From NCBI GenBank assembly GCA_016721565.1, contig JADKHW010000015.1, forward strand, positions 6,731 through 70,730: a stretch of 64,000 bases of DNA, in the 5' to 3' direction. Source of the stretch: a bacterium (GTDB lineage Bacteria > Electryoneota > RPQS01). Each line of letters starts with the position of its first letter. Within the stretch, counting starts at the first letter, position 1. Below, one piece after another: positions 47,724-58,237 of this stretch. A program made the position numbers and the translations under genes. The notes beneath the pieces were generated by a model. That model ran no database searches and had not been told where the DNA came from. It saw nothing but the letters and a program-made list of their open reading frames with translations.

Positions 47724-48833
47724 ATGTTGCGAGCGGTTTCTCATTCCCTTTTGAATATTTCTGCTGCGACATTACGCGGACTGGTTAGCTGGTTCGAGAG
47801 TAACAAACGCGAGATGCCGTGGCGGAATACGCGGGATCCGTATCGCATTTGGGTTTCTGAGATCTTACTCCAGCAAACACAAGTTGCGACCGTTGAACCG
47901 TATTACAATAGGTTCGTCAAGACCTTTCCGAATGTAGAAGCGCTTGCGAAGGCTCCACTCGACAAGGTTCTGAAAGTTTGGGAAGGCTGTGGCTACTACG
48001 CGCGCGCAAGAAACTTGCATAAGGCTGCCAAGCAAATTGTAGCGATGGGCGGCAAGCTTCCGCAATCGAGCCACGAGCTACGAAAGCTCGCCGGAATTGG
48101 GCCATATACTTCTGCTGCAATTGCTTCGATTGCCTTTGGTGAAGCCGTTCAGGTTTTGGACGGAAATGTCGAGCGGGTGATTGCGCGGGTGACGTGTGAA
48201 GAGGGGTTCATCACGGAGAAATCTGTGCATTCCAAACTTAAAGCAACGGCTGAAGTTTGGATGCAAGCGGCAGTGAAGGCCGAGCTGTCGCCGGGAGCCT
48301 TGAATGAATCGTTGATGGAGCTTGGCGCGACGGTGTGCAAGCCGCGCGAAGCTCTGTGTTCTGATTGTCCGCTGAAGAAAGTTTGTGTGGCGAGGAAGAC
48401 GCGTGATGATGTCACCGAGTTGCCGCGCAAACCAGTCATGCAAACGACACCGCACTACGACATCGGAGCGGCGATTGTGCGGAAGAACGGCAGGATTTTG
48501 ATTACCAAGCGGCCTGAGAAAGGGCTTTTGGGTGGATTATGGGAGTTTCCCGGCGGGAAAAAAGAGCGCGGGGAGACGTTGGAGGAGTGCGTGCGGCGCG
48601 AGATGCGGGAAGAGCTTGACATTCAGGTCGAGGTCGGGACGCAGATTGCCAGCGTCAAACATGCCTACACGCATTTCAAGATTACGTTGCACTGTTTTGA
48701 ATGCAAACACGTCGGTGGTGAAGTGAAACTGCTTCACGTCACCGATGCAAAATGGGTGCGACCATCTGAATTGAGAAACTACGCGTTTCCGAAGGCGGAT
48801 CGTGTGGTGTTGGACATATTGACAAATTCATAA
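47724..48833 (+). CDS. mutY: A/G-specific adenine DNA glycosylase
   Basis: HhH-GPD region WVSEILLQQTQV..GIGPYTSAAIASIAFG. 4Fe-4S loop CKPREALCSDCPLKKVC. C-terminal NUDIX-like region GLWEFPGGKKE. Confidence 0.9.
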   Translation: MLRAVSHSLLNISAATLRGLVSWFESNKREMPWRNTRDPYRIWVSEILLQQTQVATVEPYYNRFVKTFPNVEALAKAPLDKVLKVWEGCGYYARARNLHKAAKQIVAMGGKLPQSSHELRKLAGIGPYTSAAIASIAFGEAVQVLDGNVERVIARVTCEEGFITEKSVHSKLKATAEVWMQAAVKAELSPGALNESLMELGATVCKPREALCSDCPLKKVCVARKTRDDVTELPRKPVMQTTPHYDIGAAIVRKNGRILITKRPEKGLLGGLWEFPGGKKERGETLEECVRREMREELDIQVEVGTQIASVKHAYTHFKITLHCFECKHVGGEVKLLHVTDAKWVRPSELRNYAFPKADRVVLDILTNS

Positions 48834-48858
48834 TAGGAGAACTGCCGAACAATTTGTT

Positions 48859-50361
48859 ATGCCGGAGATTATTTTTCACCGTGCAAAACCTATCCAGTGG
48901 AGTCCCATCATGTTCGCAGTCGTATTGCTCGCCTTACTGATTTCCGTACCTGTTCGCGCCGAATTGCGCGATCCGAATAATTCTGCTGATTACATCATCC
49001 TGACCAATCAGGAAGTTCTTTCCAATAATGCTTGGATTGACAGCCTACTCGATTACCGCGCCGCGCAAGGCCGCGTCGCAATGGCCGTGACGGTCGAAGA
49101 GATTTGGGCTGAGTTCACTCCGTCCGGCAGTGACACCGCCATCCGCGAATTTCTACATTATGCCTACGACAATTGGCAGGCGCCGCAATTGAAGGATGTG
49201 TTTATTGTTGGGCATTGGGATGTTGTGCCGTCGGGGATGTGGATTGGAGTATATGATTCAATGTCGTTCGCTTCTGATTATTGGTATGTCTTACGAAGTG
49301 GTGCAGATTCTGGCAATCCGCTTTTTCGAGTTGGTCGACTTGCATGGAGCCCACGCTATTCAGAGCCTCTCAGCGACTTTAGTCTCAAAATTCGTGAATA
49401 CGAGGCTTCACCAATTGGAGAGTGGCAGAATCGTTGCCATTTTGTAGCGGATAGTGGCGAAAGCGTTGCTTGGAACGAGTTGATAGAGAGCTATGCTGAA
49501 GGCATAGTGGCTGGTGTACCGAGTACTTCCGAAATTGAACGTGACTACTTAAGCAGGGTTACAGGAGACCCTTGGTATGGGGACAGAAATGAAATAATCG
49601 AGAATCTGAATGCGGGAAGCTTGTTGAGTTGTTACTCAGGAATCTCCTCTGGCTATGAAATTTTGCCCGAGGACCCTATCACAGCACTCGACATTGAACA
49701 ACTACACAACTTAGAGTCACTGACTATGATGATGGGTACGGTATCCCACGCTCTTGGAATTGATACGTTAAATGGAACTCCGCTGTTCCATGCTGCGATG
49801 AACTCATCGAGCGGAGGAGCAATAGCAGCTTTTGGCATGTCAGGTATCGGCTGGTTCGCTGCGAGTCGAGTATATAGTCAACGACTTGTGAGTGAACTGT
49901 ATAACATAAGCCAATCGTCAATAGGAGATGCGTGGTTTACAACCTGTAACTACTACGCAGATTCAGCTTTACACGGCGGCTTGCCGCGCACCGCCGCTAG
50001 TGACCAGCTTTTCGGCACATTCCTCCTCGGGGACCCCGCCACAATCATACCCGGTCGCACAACAAGCGCAGATCCCATCACTGCACCGGTGATTCCGGCT
50101 TCAATTCAGATTGTCGGCAATTACCCGAATCCGTTCAATCCATCAACGACGATTAATTTCATCCTCAACCGTGCGGGGAATGCGCGGCTGACGGTTTATG
50201 ATATCACAGGCAGAGCAGTGACCACGCTCGCCGAACAAAGTTTTACAGCCGGACAACACAGTATCGTCTGGAATGCCGCCGGACTTGCGTCAGGAATATA
50301 CCTTGTTCGACTTGAATCCAGTGGACAATTTGACACACATAAGATCACCTTACTTAAATAG
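48859..50361 (+). CDS. Peptidase-C25 (gingipain)-like secreted protein with T9SS CTD
   Basis: C25-like N-terminal pattern: ADYIILTN, DTAIREFLHYAYDNW, FIVGHWDVVPS, FRVGRLA. CTD: NYPNPFNPSTTINFIL..GIYLVRLESSGQFDTHKITLLK. I could not find a catalytic His/Cys pair. Confidence 0.6.
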   Translation: MPEIIFHRAKPIQWSPIMFAVVLLALLISVPVRAELRDPNNSADYIILTNQEVLSNNAWIDSLLDYRAAQGRVAMAVTVEEIWAEFTPSGSDTAIREFLHYAYDNWQAPQLKDVFIVGHWDVVPSGMWIGVYDSMSFASDYWYVLRSGADSGNPLFRVGRLAWSPRYSEPLSDFSLKIREYEASPIGEWQNRCHFVADSGESVAWNELIESYAEGIVAGVPSTSEIERDYLSRVTGDPWYGDRNEIIENLNAGSLLSCYSGISSGYEILPEDPITALDIEQLHNLESLTMMMGTVSHALGIDTLNGTPLFHAAMNSSSGGAIAAFGMSGIGWFAASRVYSQRLVSELYNISQSSIGDAWFTTCNYYADSALHGGLPRTAASDQLFGTFLLGDPATIIPGRTTSADPITAPVIPASIQIVGNYPNPFNPSTTINFILNRAGNARLTVYDITGRAVTTLAEQSFTAGQHSIVWNAAGLASGIYLVRLESSGQFDTHKITLLK

Positions 50362-50388
50362 ACGAGAGAGAAATTCCAAGAGGGAGAA

Positions 50389-51051
50389 ATGAAGTACATT
50401 AGTCTCGCAACATTCGCACTGTCACTCTGTATCTGTTCGTTTAGCTTTGCTGAAGATACCGCGATGCCGGAAATGACCGGCACCGCTAAGATTACTAAAG
50501 CCCCGGAACTCACCACCAAGCCCGCGATGATCGCCGCGACCGCATTCGTGAAAGCCGCCGATTTCGCTCCGGAAGGCGGTTGGGGTGAGAAGGATTTCGA
50601 CGGCGCAATCGGCGCAATGGCGATGAACGGCGCGACCCGTTTGATGGCATATATGACCGAGAAGTCGATCCAACCTGCCGGGCCGATGTTCTCTGTTTGG
50701 TATGAAGATCCGTCCGTGACCACGGCAGGTGCGCTAACCTCGAAGTGGGGTTTCCCGATTGCCGCAGACAATGAACCTACGGCGACGATCACCATCGAAA
50801 ATATGCCTGAGATGCAAGTCGTGTCGTGCACCTACGAAGGTCATCCGAATACGGCCATGAATGCATGGACCGACTTGGTGAAGTATGCCGAGGCAAACGG
50901 TCTTGTGTGGGCAGGCAATCCGATGGAAGTCTATCACAAGAACGGCATGCAGTCCATGAAGAACGAAGACTGGCTGGTCGAAATTGTGTGGCCTGCCATG
51001 AAGAAGCCTGCTGATGCTCCGGCTGCTGAAGGTGAGAAGAAGAGCGAATAA
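50389..51051 (+). CDS. Secreted GyrI-like (SOUL/AraC-effector-binding fold) protein
   Basis: Signal peptide MKYISLATFALSLCICSFSFA. Two halves with the patterns AGPMFSVWYEDP and GNPMEVYH. Confidence 0.55.
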   Translation: MKYISLATFALSLCICSFSFAEDTAMPEMTGTAKITKAPELTTKPAMIAATAFVKAADFAPEGGWGEKDFDGAIGAMAMNGATRLMAYMTEKSIQPAGPMFSVWYEDPSVTTAGALTSKWGFPIAADNEPTATITIENMPEMQVVSCTYEGHPNTAMNAWTDLVKYAEANGLVWAGNPMEVYHKNGMQSMKNEDWLVEIVWPAMKKPADAPAAEGEKKSE

Positions 51052-51076
51052 CCCGATTACATCGGATTACCTTTTG

Positions 51077-51107
51077 AAGGCCGGAGCAACTTGCTCCGGC
51101 CTTTTGT
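51077..51107 (+). terminator. Rho-independent terminator
   Basis: AAGGCCGGAGCA-act-TGCTCCGGCCTT followed by TTGTGTT. Confidence 0.75.
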
Positions 51108-51187
51108 GTTACTGCGTCTGCGTATGCAATCAATCCGGCGGCACGCTGGGAGTTGCATATATAGAGGAAAGCTGTAACTTGTCAGTT

Positions 51188-52086
51188 ATGGAAAGCTATT
51201 TTATTGTTGACGGCGGCGGAACGAACACACGCGGCTGGTTGGTATCAGCCGACGGCGCCATATTAAATGAAGGAAAAGCCGGACCTTCTAATGTCGCGCG
51301 GCTTGGTGATGAAGGGTTGCGCATTGCGTTAGCTGAACTGTTGGCCGATTCCCCGGCGGCGCGATTGTGCAGCAAAGTCGTGTTGGGATTGGCCGGAGTG
51401 GGCCGCGAACGTGAGCGCGATTTGGCACTCACCGTGGCCAAAGAATTCTGGCCGCAAGCCAACGTGCAAGTTGTAACGGACGCACATCTATTATATGCAG
51501 GAGCATTCTGCAAAGGTGAGCGCGGCATCCTGTTAATAGTAGGAACGGGTTCAATTGCATTCTATCAGAATCCGCAAGGGCATGAATTTTCCGCGCCGGG
51601 GGCTGGGGACCGTTATTAGGCGATGAGGGCAGCGGCGCTTGGATCGGTCGAGAGGCATTGAGGCATTGTTTGTGGGAAGGCGAGCGCGCCGAACTCTCTC
51701 CGTTTCACGCCGCAATCTTGGAGAAGCTCGCAATCGGCGCAACGCACGAGATCATCACAAAAGTCTATCGCGAAGATTTCGGACCGACACGCTGGGCCGA
51801 GCTTGCTCCACTCGTGTTTGACTTTGCCGACGAGCAGCCGGAGGTCATGGGAATCTTGGAGCGTGCCGCACTTGAATTGATTGATCAGGTAGAACGGCTG
51901 CTTGAAGACATGCCGCAGAATATGGCGACATTGCCGTTGGTTGTGACGGGCGGACTCTGGGAACGGCGTGATGTGCTTGAACCGCTATTGCAAGAGGAAA
52001 TTGATTTGCGAAATCTGCCGCTCAAGATTGTCGAGCCAGACGGCGGGGCGGTGGATGGCGGGTTGGTGATTTTGCGGAAAGGGTAA
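51188..52086 (+). CDS. BadF/BadG/BcrA/BcrD-type ATPase (N-acetylglucosamine-kinase-like); frameshift near 51588
   Basis: MESYFIVDGGGTNTRG..LLIVGTGSIAF continues in ORF 51658..52086 as RAGGWGPLLGDEGSGAWIGREAL. The break is in the T-run at 51587-51590. Confidence 0.75.
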
Positions 52087-52154
52087 AGAAAACCGCCACT
52101 ATGGGTTTAGCACAATGGCGGTGAATTGTTTCGGATTCCGATGGGAAGCCAAAC

Positions 52155-53582
52155 TCAATGGCGAATGAAGGAATCGATAAGTTCGCGGGAGACTGACGGG
52201 GACGAGCCTACGAATTCTTCTTCTTTGATGATACCGACGGTTTGCGGTTTCAGATAGTATTTGATGCTGTGGTTTGTAGTGCGGCTGAAGCGCTGATAGA
52301 TCGTGACACCCGTATAGGTCACGCCTTGTACGATCACGGTTGTGCTTGCGCTGGTGACCAATACACTGTCCCCTTGGAAATGCCAGAAACCTGCCGAAGG
52401 CGGAGTGCGCAAGAGGAGTTCTGCTCCGGAACCGTTCAGCGGATACTCATCCTGATAGAGGCCGCTCTCAAAATTGCGCCAATAGAACAGCGTGTCTGTG
52501 CTGTCACCCGCGAACTCTATTAATAGATAGTAGTCCACACCACCGGGATAGGCAACTTCTCTGACCTGACGGCGCGCATTGTAAATACCACCCGATGAGG
52601 GATCCACTTCGTAAGTCCAGTAGTTTTCCAGGCAGATGGGAATTGCGCCGCCCGAGCAGAAATCATACGTTGCTTGTGCGGGATTGGACCAAGCGGAAGA
52701 TCCTATTGAATTAGACGCGCGGACCTGATAGTTGTAAACGGCAGTATTTTGTCCCAACGCATCAAAGTATGTCGTCGTGTTGGCCGTCACGGAATCAATG
52801 ATTTCGAAGAACTGGCCCTCGACGTTGCGTCGGATGTGGAACACGGTTTCGTCAAGCGAGTTGTCCACCCATGTCAGATGCACGCCAGAACCCACTTGCA
52901 CGGCGGCTACAAGGTTCGAAGGCGCGTGCGGAGCGCCTGAATTGGGAGTCGTGACGGTGGCCGAATCAACGGACCACGTTGTAATACTATTGACAAGGGA
53001 TCCTACTCTATAGTAGTAGGATGTTGCGGGTGTGCATGTGGAGTCGTTGTAGGTCTCGATATTATCTCCGACCTCACCGACTCGCGACCAGCTTGACGAC
53101 GTCGCGCGGCGATCTATCACGAAGTGCACTTCCATGGGAGCCGTGTCTGTCCACTCAACTCTTACGACGGTCGGAGCCAACGGGCTGGCGGTCACGTTTG
53201 TCGGAGCCGGTGCAGGGGTGTGCGAATTGGTCGAGACCTGATACATATTGGACGGGTCACTGCGGCCTGCTGAATTGACTGCAAAGACGCGGAACTGATA
53301 CGTCGTATTGGGAACCAAACCATCGACTAAGAGCTGTGTGATGTCAGCATTCACCGAGGAATGGAAATGCCAAACATTATTTTGGCCCATTTCCACTTCA
53401 AAGGTCTCTTCATTGTCAGAGCGGTCGTTCCAACTCAGCGTAATTGAGTTGTGAGTGATCTCGACCGCCGTCAGAAGATTAGGCGCAACAGGAATGACGG
53501 CTTGAGGCGGCTTATCCTCCGGCTGACAGGAGAGCAGCAAACCGATGCTGAGAGCAAGTAGTGCGATGATGCGAAGTTTCAT
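52155..53582 (-). CDS. Lipoprotein with three Fn3-like modules and a C-terminal unknown domain
   Basis: The preferred start is ATG 53582, with GGAGG upstream. Lipobox in MKLRIIALLALSIGLLLSC. Fn3-like repeats: ITLSWNDRSDNEETFEV, VRVEWTDTAPMEVHFVI, VHLTWVDNSLDETVFHI. Confidence 0.75.
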   Translation of the reverse strand: MKLRIIALLALSIGLLLSCQPEDKPPQAVIPVAPNLLTAVEITHNSITLSWNDRSDNEETFEVEMGQNNVWHFHSSVNADITQLLVDGLVPNTTYQFRVFAVNSAGRSDPSNMYQVSTNSHTPAPAPTNVTASPLAPTVVRVEWTDTAPMEVHFVIDRRATSSSWSRVGEVGDNIETYNDSTCTPATSYYYRVGSLVNSITTWSVDSATVTTPNSGAPHAPSNLVAAVQVGSGVHLTWVDNSLDETVFHIRRNVEGQFFEIIDSVTANTTTYFDALGQNTAVYNYQVRASNSIGSSAWSNPAQATYDFCSGGAIPICLENYWTYEVDPSSGGIYNARRQVREVAYPGGVDYYLLIEFAGDSTDTLFYWRNFESGLYQDEYPLNGSGAELLLRTPPSAGFWHFQGDSVLVTSASTTVIVQGVTYTGVTIYQRFSRTTNHSIKYYLKPQTVGIIKEEEFVGSSPSVSRELIDSFIRH

Positions 53583-53657
53583 TGTGCCTCCGTGCGATGC
53601 CATAGCAATTTGTTCGGCAGCCAACGAGGCAGCCGCTACATTCTTCTGTAAATAGAT

Positions 53658-53990
53658 TTACTTTACTTCGGGTTCGCCACCAGCTCGGAAACCGAATTGT
53701 CCGGCCTGCTGTTGCGGACCACCGTGCAGCTTGATTTCGCCGAATTGCTTTTCGTAGCGCTCAATGTTCTCTTTCAGTGCGTTCAGCAAGAATTTGCAAT
53801 GTGAAGGCGTCATAATGACGCGTGCATGCACCGAAGCTTTCGGCGTGCCGGGGACCATTCGTGCGAAATCCATGAAAAACTCGGCAGGGCTATGCGAAAT
53901 TAGGGCGAGATTGGCGTAAATTCCTTCGGCAACCTTCTCATCCAAACTGACATTTATCTGATGCGGGCGCTGGGCCGCGGGGTCTGACAT
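53658..53990 (-). CDS. DUF3467-family small protein
   Basis: GIYANLALISHSPAEFFMDFARMVPG..ARVIMTPSHCKFLLNALKENIERYEKQFGEI. Family name is from memory. Confidence 0.6.
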   Translation of the reverse strand: MSDPAAQRPHQINVSLDEKVAEGIYANLALISHSPAEFFMDFARMVPGTPKASVHARVIMTPSHCKFLLNALKENIERYEKQFGEIKLHGGPQQQAGQFGFRAGGEPEVK

Positions 53991-54086
53991 CTCTGTATCC
54001 TCTTGTGCTGTATGTTTTTCCAGAATCTTCTAATCCTATAATGAGGGGCTTTGTCAGCAAAAAGTCAAGCCCACTCCCCAACTCAA

Positions 54087-56837
54087 ATGCCTTCTGATCC
54101 CAATAAACTGTATCTGATTGACGGCTCGGCGCTGATGTACCGGGCACATTTCGCGTTTCTACGGAGTCCACTGGTGAATTCGCGAGGCGAAATTACGTCG
54201 GCGATCTTCGGTTTTCTGAATACGCTGATTTCGCTGATTGAAAAAGAGCAGCCGACCCATCTGGCAATTGTGTTCGATACCGCCGAACCGACGTTCCGTC
54301 ACAAAGCCTATAAGGAGTATAAGGCCACACGCCAGAAGATGCCCGAGGAGTTGGTGGATCAGCTTGGCCGGTTGGATCAGGTGCTTGCCGCAACAGGAAT
54401 CAAGATTCTGGCGCTACCCGGTTGGGAGGCCGATGACGTGATCGGAACTCTGGCCAAGCAAGGTGAAGAGCAAGGTTACACCGTTTACATGGTAACAGGT
54501 GATAAGGATTATCAGCAGTTGGTGACGGAGAAGGTCATGCTGTATAATCCGAAACCGGATGGCACGTTGATCTGGTCACCGGCAGAAGTCGAAGAGAACT
54601 TTGGCGTACCGCCGTCAAAAGTTATTGACGTGTTGGCATTGATGGGCGACGCATCTGATAATGTTCCCGGTGTTGCCGGAGTCGGACCAAAGACCGCTGT
54701 GAAGCTGATTAAGGAATATGGCACGGTTGAAAATGTCCTGCAAGCCGCCCCGTCAATGAAGCCGTCGAAACTGCGTGATTCACTGATTGAGTATGCTGAG
54801 TCCGCACGCATGTCGCTCGATCTTGTGACGATTGACGTCAACGCGCCGATTGCAGTAGACCTTGATGCGCTTGACGTAAAGCCGCTTTACAATGCCGAAA
54901 TCGAACGCTTGCTGACCGAGCTTGAACTCTATCGCTTGCTGGATCGCTTGAGAGGCAGTGCTCCAGTTGCAGCCGACAGCGGTATGAAATCGGCCTCGAA
55001 GCGCGATTACAAGATTGTGCGATCGGCAGCGGAATTCAAAGCACTCATCAACAAGTGGCGCAAAGAAAAACCGTTGCTTTCTTTCGACGTTGAGACAACT
55101 GCGGCGGATCCGATGCTGGCCGAATTGGTTGGAGCAAGCTTCTCCGTTGTTGAAGGAGAGGCATACTATGTGTCAATGGCACACTTCGATGCAAAACCAA
55201 CGGGCAAGCGACAGTTCGTGCGTTTCGGTCAAGAGGCCGAGGGTGCGCTCGCCGCATATCTTGAACTCGCGGCCGAGCTTTTAGAGGACGCGAGTGTTCC
55301 GAAAGCGGGACAAAATATCAAGTACGATGCGCTCGTGTACCTCTCGTATGGTATCGTTGTTGCCTCTCTTTCGTTCGATACGATGATCGCCGCATACCTC
55401 TTGAATCCCGGAACGCGCACGCTCAGCATTGATGATTTGGCCCGCGATTATCTTAAGCTCTCCAAGATTCCGACCTCAGATTTGATCGGCTCAGGTAAGA
55501 ATCAAGGCTCCATGTTTGATGTCGATCTGGAAAAAATTGCCGACTATGCGTGCGAGGACGCAGATTACGCTTTGCGGCTCGTGCATGTGCTTGAACCACA
55601 GCTTCAGAGCCAGAAAAAACTGCTCGACGAACTTGAAATGCCGCTGTCATCCGTGCTCCGCGACATGGAATATACGGGAGTCCGGCTTGACACGGACCTG
55701 CTTTCAGAAATGTCCAAGGAGCTTGAGCGCGACCTCGCACGGCTCGAAAAGGAATGTCATGCGGCGGCGGGTGAGGTCTTCAATTTGAACTCGCCTAAGC
55801 AGCTTGGAACCATCTTATTTGAGAAGCTCAGGCTACCGGTTCAAAAGAAAACCAAGACCGGCCCCTCTACCGATGTGGACACGCTGACCGCGCTCGCGCC
55901 GATGCATGAACTGCCCGCCAAACTTGTCGATTACCGGATTCTGTCGAAGCTCAAAGGCACATATGTTGACGCCCTTCCCGACCTCGTGCATCCGTTTACA
56001 GGTCGCGTGCATACAACATTCAGCCAGACGATTGCAGCAACCGGAAGACTCTCCTCAAACAATCCGAATTTGCAGAACATCCCGATTCGCACCGAGGTTG
56101 GCCGCAGAATAAGAGAGGCATTCATAGCGGGAGAAGCGGGTTGGAAGATTCTCTCAGCAGACTACGGACAGATTGAATTGCGTATCATGGCTCATCTGTC
56201 CAACGACGAGACACTGCTCCAAGCCTTCCGTAGCGGCGGCGATATTCATCGAGAGACGGCGGCGAAGATTTATGGAATACCGTTGTCAGATGTCAACTCC
56301 GACATGCGCCGTGCGGCCAAAACCGTCAACTTCGGAATCATTTACGGCCAGACAGATTTCGGTTTGTCGGAACAGCTCGGCATCCCTCGCGCGGAGGCCA
56401 AAGAGTTCCGCGAACAGTATTTCAGACTCTATCCGGGAGTCAAGCAATTCATGGCTGAGACCATCTCGAAATGCCGTGAGAACGGCTATGTGGAGACCCT
56501 GATGGGCCGCCGGAGGCAGATCACCGACATCAACAATGCCAACCGTCAGGTCCGTGAATTTGCAGAGCGCATCGCCATCAACACTCCCGTTCAAGGCTCG
56601 GCCGCTGACATGATCAAGGTCGCGATGATCCGCATTGCGAAGCGACTCAAACAGGAAAAGTTTGCCGCTCGGATGTTGCTCCAAGTCCACGACGAACTCG
56701 TTTTCGAAGCTCCCGAATCCGAACTCATGCAACTCGAAATGATGGTCCGTGAGCAGATGTCGGAAGCCATGAAGCTGCTCGTTCCGATCGAGGTTGACGT
56801 CGGTTACGGAGCAAATTGGCTTAAAGCACATTCCTAA
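54087..56837 (+). CDS. polA: DNA polymerase I
   Basis: The 5'-nuclease domain starts at KLYLIDGSALMYRAHFAF (ATG 54087 inside the TTG-started ORF). A 3'-5' exo-like domain follows. Polymerase motifs RRAAKTVNFGIIYG and LQVHDELVFE. Confidence 0.95.
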   Translation: MPSDPNKLYLIDGSALMYRAHFAFLRSPLVNSRGEITSAIFGFLNTLISLIEKEQPTHLAIVFDTAEPTFRHKAYKEYKATRQKMPEELVDQLGRLDQVLAATGIKILALPGWEADDVIGTLAKQGEEQGYTVYMVTGDKDYQQLVTEKVMLYNPKPDGTLIWSPAEVEENFGVPPSKVIDVLALMGDASDNVPGVAGVGPKTAVKLIKEYGTVENVLQAAPSMKPSKLRDSLIEYAESARMSLDLVTIDVNAPIAVDLDALDVKPLYNAEIERLLTELELYRLLDRLRGSAPVAADSGMKSASKRDYKIVRSAAEFKALINKWRKEKPLLSFDVETTAADPMLAELVGASFSVVEGEAYYVSMAHFDAKPTGKRQFVRFGQEAEGALAAYLELAAELLEDASVPKAGQNIKYDALVYLSYGIVVASLSFDTMIAAYLLNPGTRTLSIDDLARDYLKLSKIPTSDLIGSGKNQGSMFDVDLEKIADYACEDADYALRLVHVLEPQLQSQKKLLDELEMPLSSVLRDMEYTGVRLDTDLLSEMSKELERDLARLEKECHAAAGEVFNLNSPKQLGTILFEKLRLPVQKKTKTGPSTDVDTLTALAPMHELPAKLVDYRILSKLKGTYVDALPDLVHPFTGRVHTTFSQTIAATGRLSSNNPNLQNIPIRTEVGRRIREAFIAGEAGWKILSADYGQIELRIMAHLSNDETLLQAFRSGGDIHRETAAKIYGIPLSDVNSDMRRAAKTVNFGIIYGQTDFGLSEQLGIPRAEAKEFREQYFRLYPGVKQFMAETISKCRENGYVETLMGRRRQITDINNANRQVREFAERIAINTPVQGSAADMIKVAMIRIAKRLKQEKFAARMLLQVHDELVFEAPESELMQLEMMVREQMSEAMKLLVPIEVDVGYGANWLKAHS

Positions 56838-56906
56838 CTTTTTTCTCGCAAGTACTTGCGTTTTGGCTTCTCATACTTTATATTTGACGCAATGAGGGTC
56901 CGTTAA

Positions 56907-57344
56907 GTGATGGCCCACGGCAGTTTTGTGATCTTTGATTGGACCGTACATCCGCTCAGTCGCGGTGGCTTTCGCAGAGTGATCTTCGTGATTACGATGA
57001 TTGTGATTCCGCTTGGAGTCCTGGAAGTCTTCCAACATTTCGCATGGGCAGTCTTTGCCACCCTGTTCCTTTTGGGAACACTGAGTGCATACTGGCTCCC
57101 TACGCGCTACGCGATTGACGATGAGGGGATTTGGGTTCAACGTTGGTTCTGGAAGAAGCGCAAGCTGTTCCGAGACCTGAAGCGTGTGGAGCGCGACCCG
57201 AATGGCCTGTTCGTCTCGCCGTTCGCCAGCCGCTCACGGCTCGATGGACATCGCGGATTGCTGCTGATGGAACCTCCGGAGCGCGACGACGTTGAAAAAT
57301 ATATCCGCGAGCGTATTGAGCCTCGGGAGGAGGTCAGCTCGTGA
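56907..57344 (+). CDS. Hypothetical membrane protein
   Basis: 145-aa ORF with two hydrophobic segments. It overlaps the next gene by 4 nt. Confidence 0.5.
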   Translation: MMAHGSFVIFDWTVHPLSRGGFRRVIFVITMIVIPLGVLEVFQHFAWAVFATLFLLGTLSAYWLPTRYAIDDEGIWVQRWFWKKRKLFRDLKRVERDPNGLFVSPFASRSRLDGHRGLLLMEPPERDDVEKYIRERIEPREEVSS

Positions 57345-57703
57345 AAGAGATTGTCGCACCGGATTATCTCAGCCCCGAACAAATTGAGTTATTCGATCGG
57401 CTTGCCGATAAGGTAGTGGGGTTAGGATTCGCGCTTCCGGCAGTGCTCTTTTTAGAAACGATGCGTCCCATGAACTTTGTCGGTTCTCAGGTGATGCTGT
57501 TCTTTCAGCCGATGCTGCGTTCGTGGTTCACATTGCGTGAATACGATTTGATTCAGCAGGCGCTCGAGCGGCGCGAGACACTCGGCTACATGACTGACGT
57601 AATTGAAGCGAAAGATCTTGAAGCAAGTCGCAAAGAGCGCGAGCTGAAAGCGCAACGCAAAGCAGAGAAGCGTGCGAAAAAAGATGCGAAGCGGAAATCA
57701 TAA
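57341..57703 (+). CDS. Hypothetical protein with K/R/E-rich tail
   Basis: 120-aa ORF translationally coupled to 56907..57344. C-terminus RKERELKAQRKAEKRAKKDAKRKS. Confidence 0.5.
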   Translation: MKEIVAPDYLSPEQIELFDRLADKVVGLGFALPAVLFLETMRPMNFVGSQVMLFFQPMLRSWFTLREYDLIQQALERRETLGYMTDVIEAKDLEASRKERELKAQRKAEKRAKKDAKRKS

Positions 57704-58237
57704 CCGCTTTTGATTGGTCTGTGAAAGTTCTCGTGTTGTGATTGTGTTGCTCTTTTGCATTATTTGCAAGAGCATCGTATAAATCGCGAGAGCACCAAGA
57801 TGTGATACTGTAAGTTTTCTTTTTTTAGAATCTTACGGCTTTGAAAAATGAGCTTATAAGAAGCTCATGCGGCACATGGCCCGGCTAAATTAGCCGCCAT
57901 CTGCTTAACTTTGCTGAAAATCGGCCCATTTGTTGCTATAGATTAGCATCGAATCGCCGATCCCTAAGTGCGGGTCGCCCACGAATGTGGCTGTGAGACC
58001 CGCCCCCTAAGAACGCGATGCACGTCCTGTCCGCAGGACGATATCATAGATACTGTGCGACTCATCTTTCGAGAAGCCGCCGGTACAACCCTTAAGGCTC
58101 GCCGCACGAGTCTTACTGGTTGCACAGTAAAAAGGAAGCCATGCGAATCTCGGGCAGCGCGGTAGCTTCCTGTCTGGACAAAACATCCTGTTCTCGAACG
58201 AGTCTCTGCCCGATCATTCAGCGAAGGAGAAATCCGC

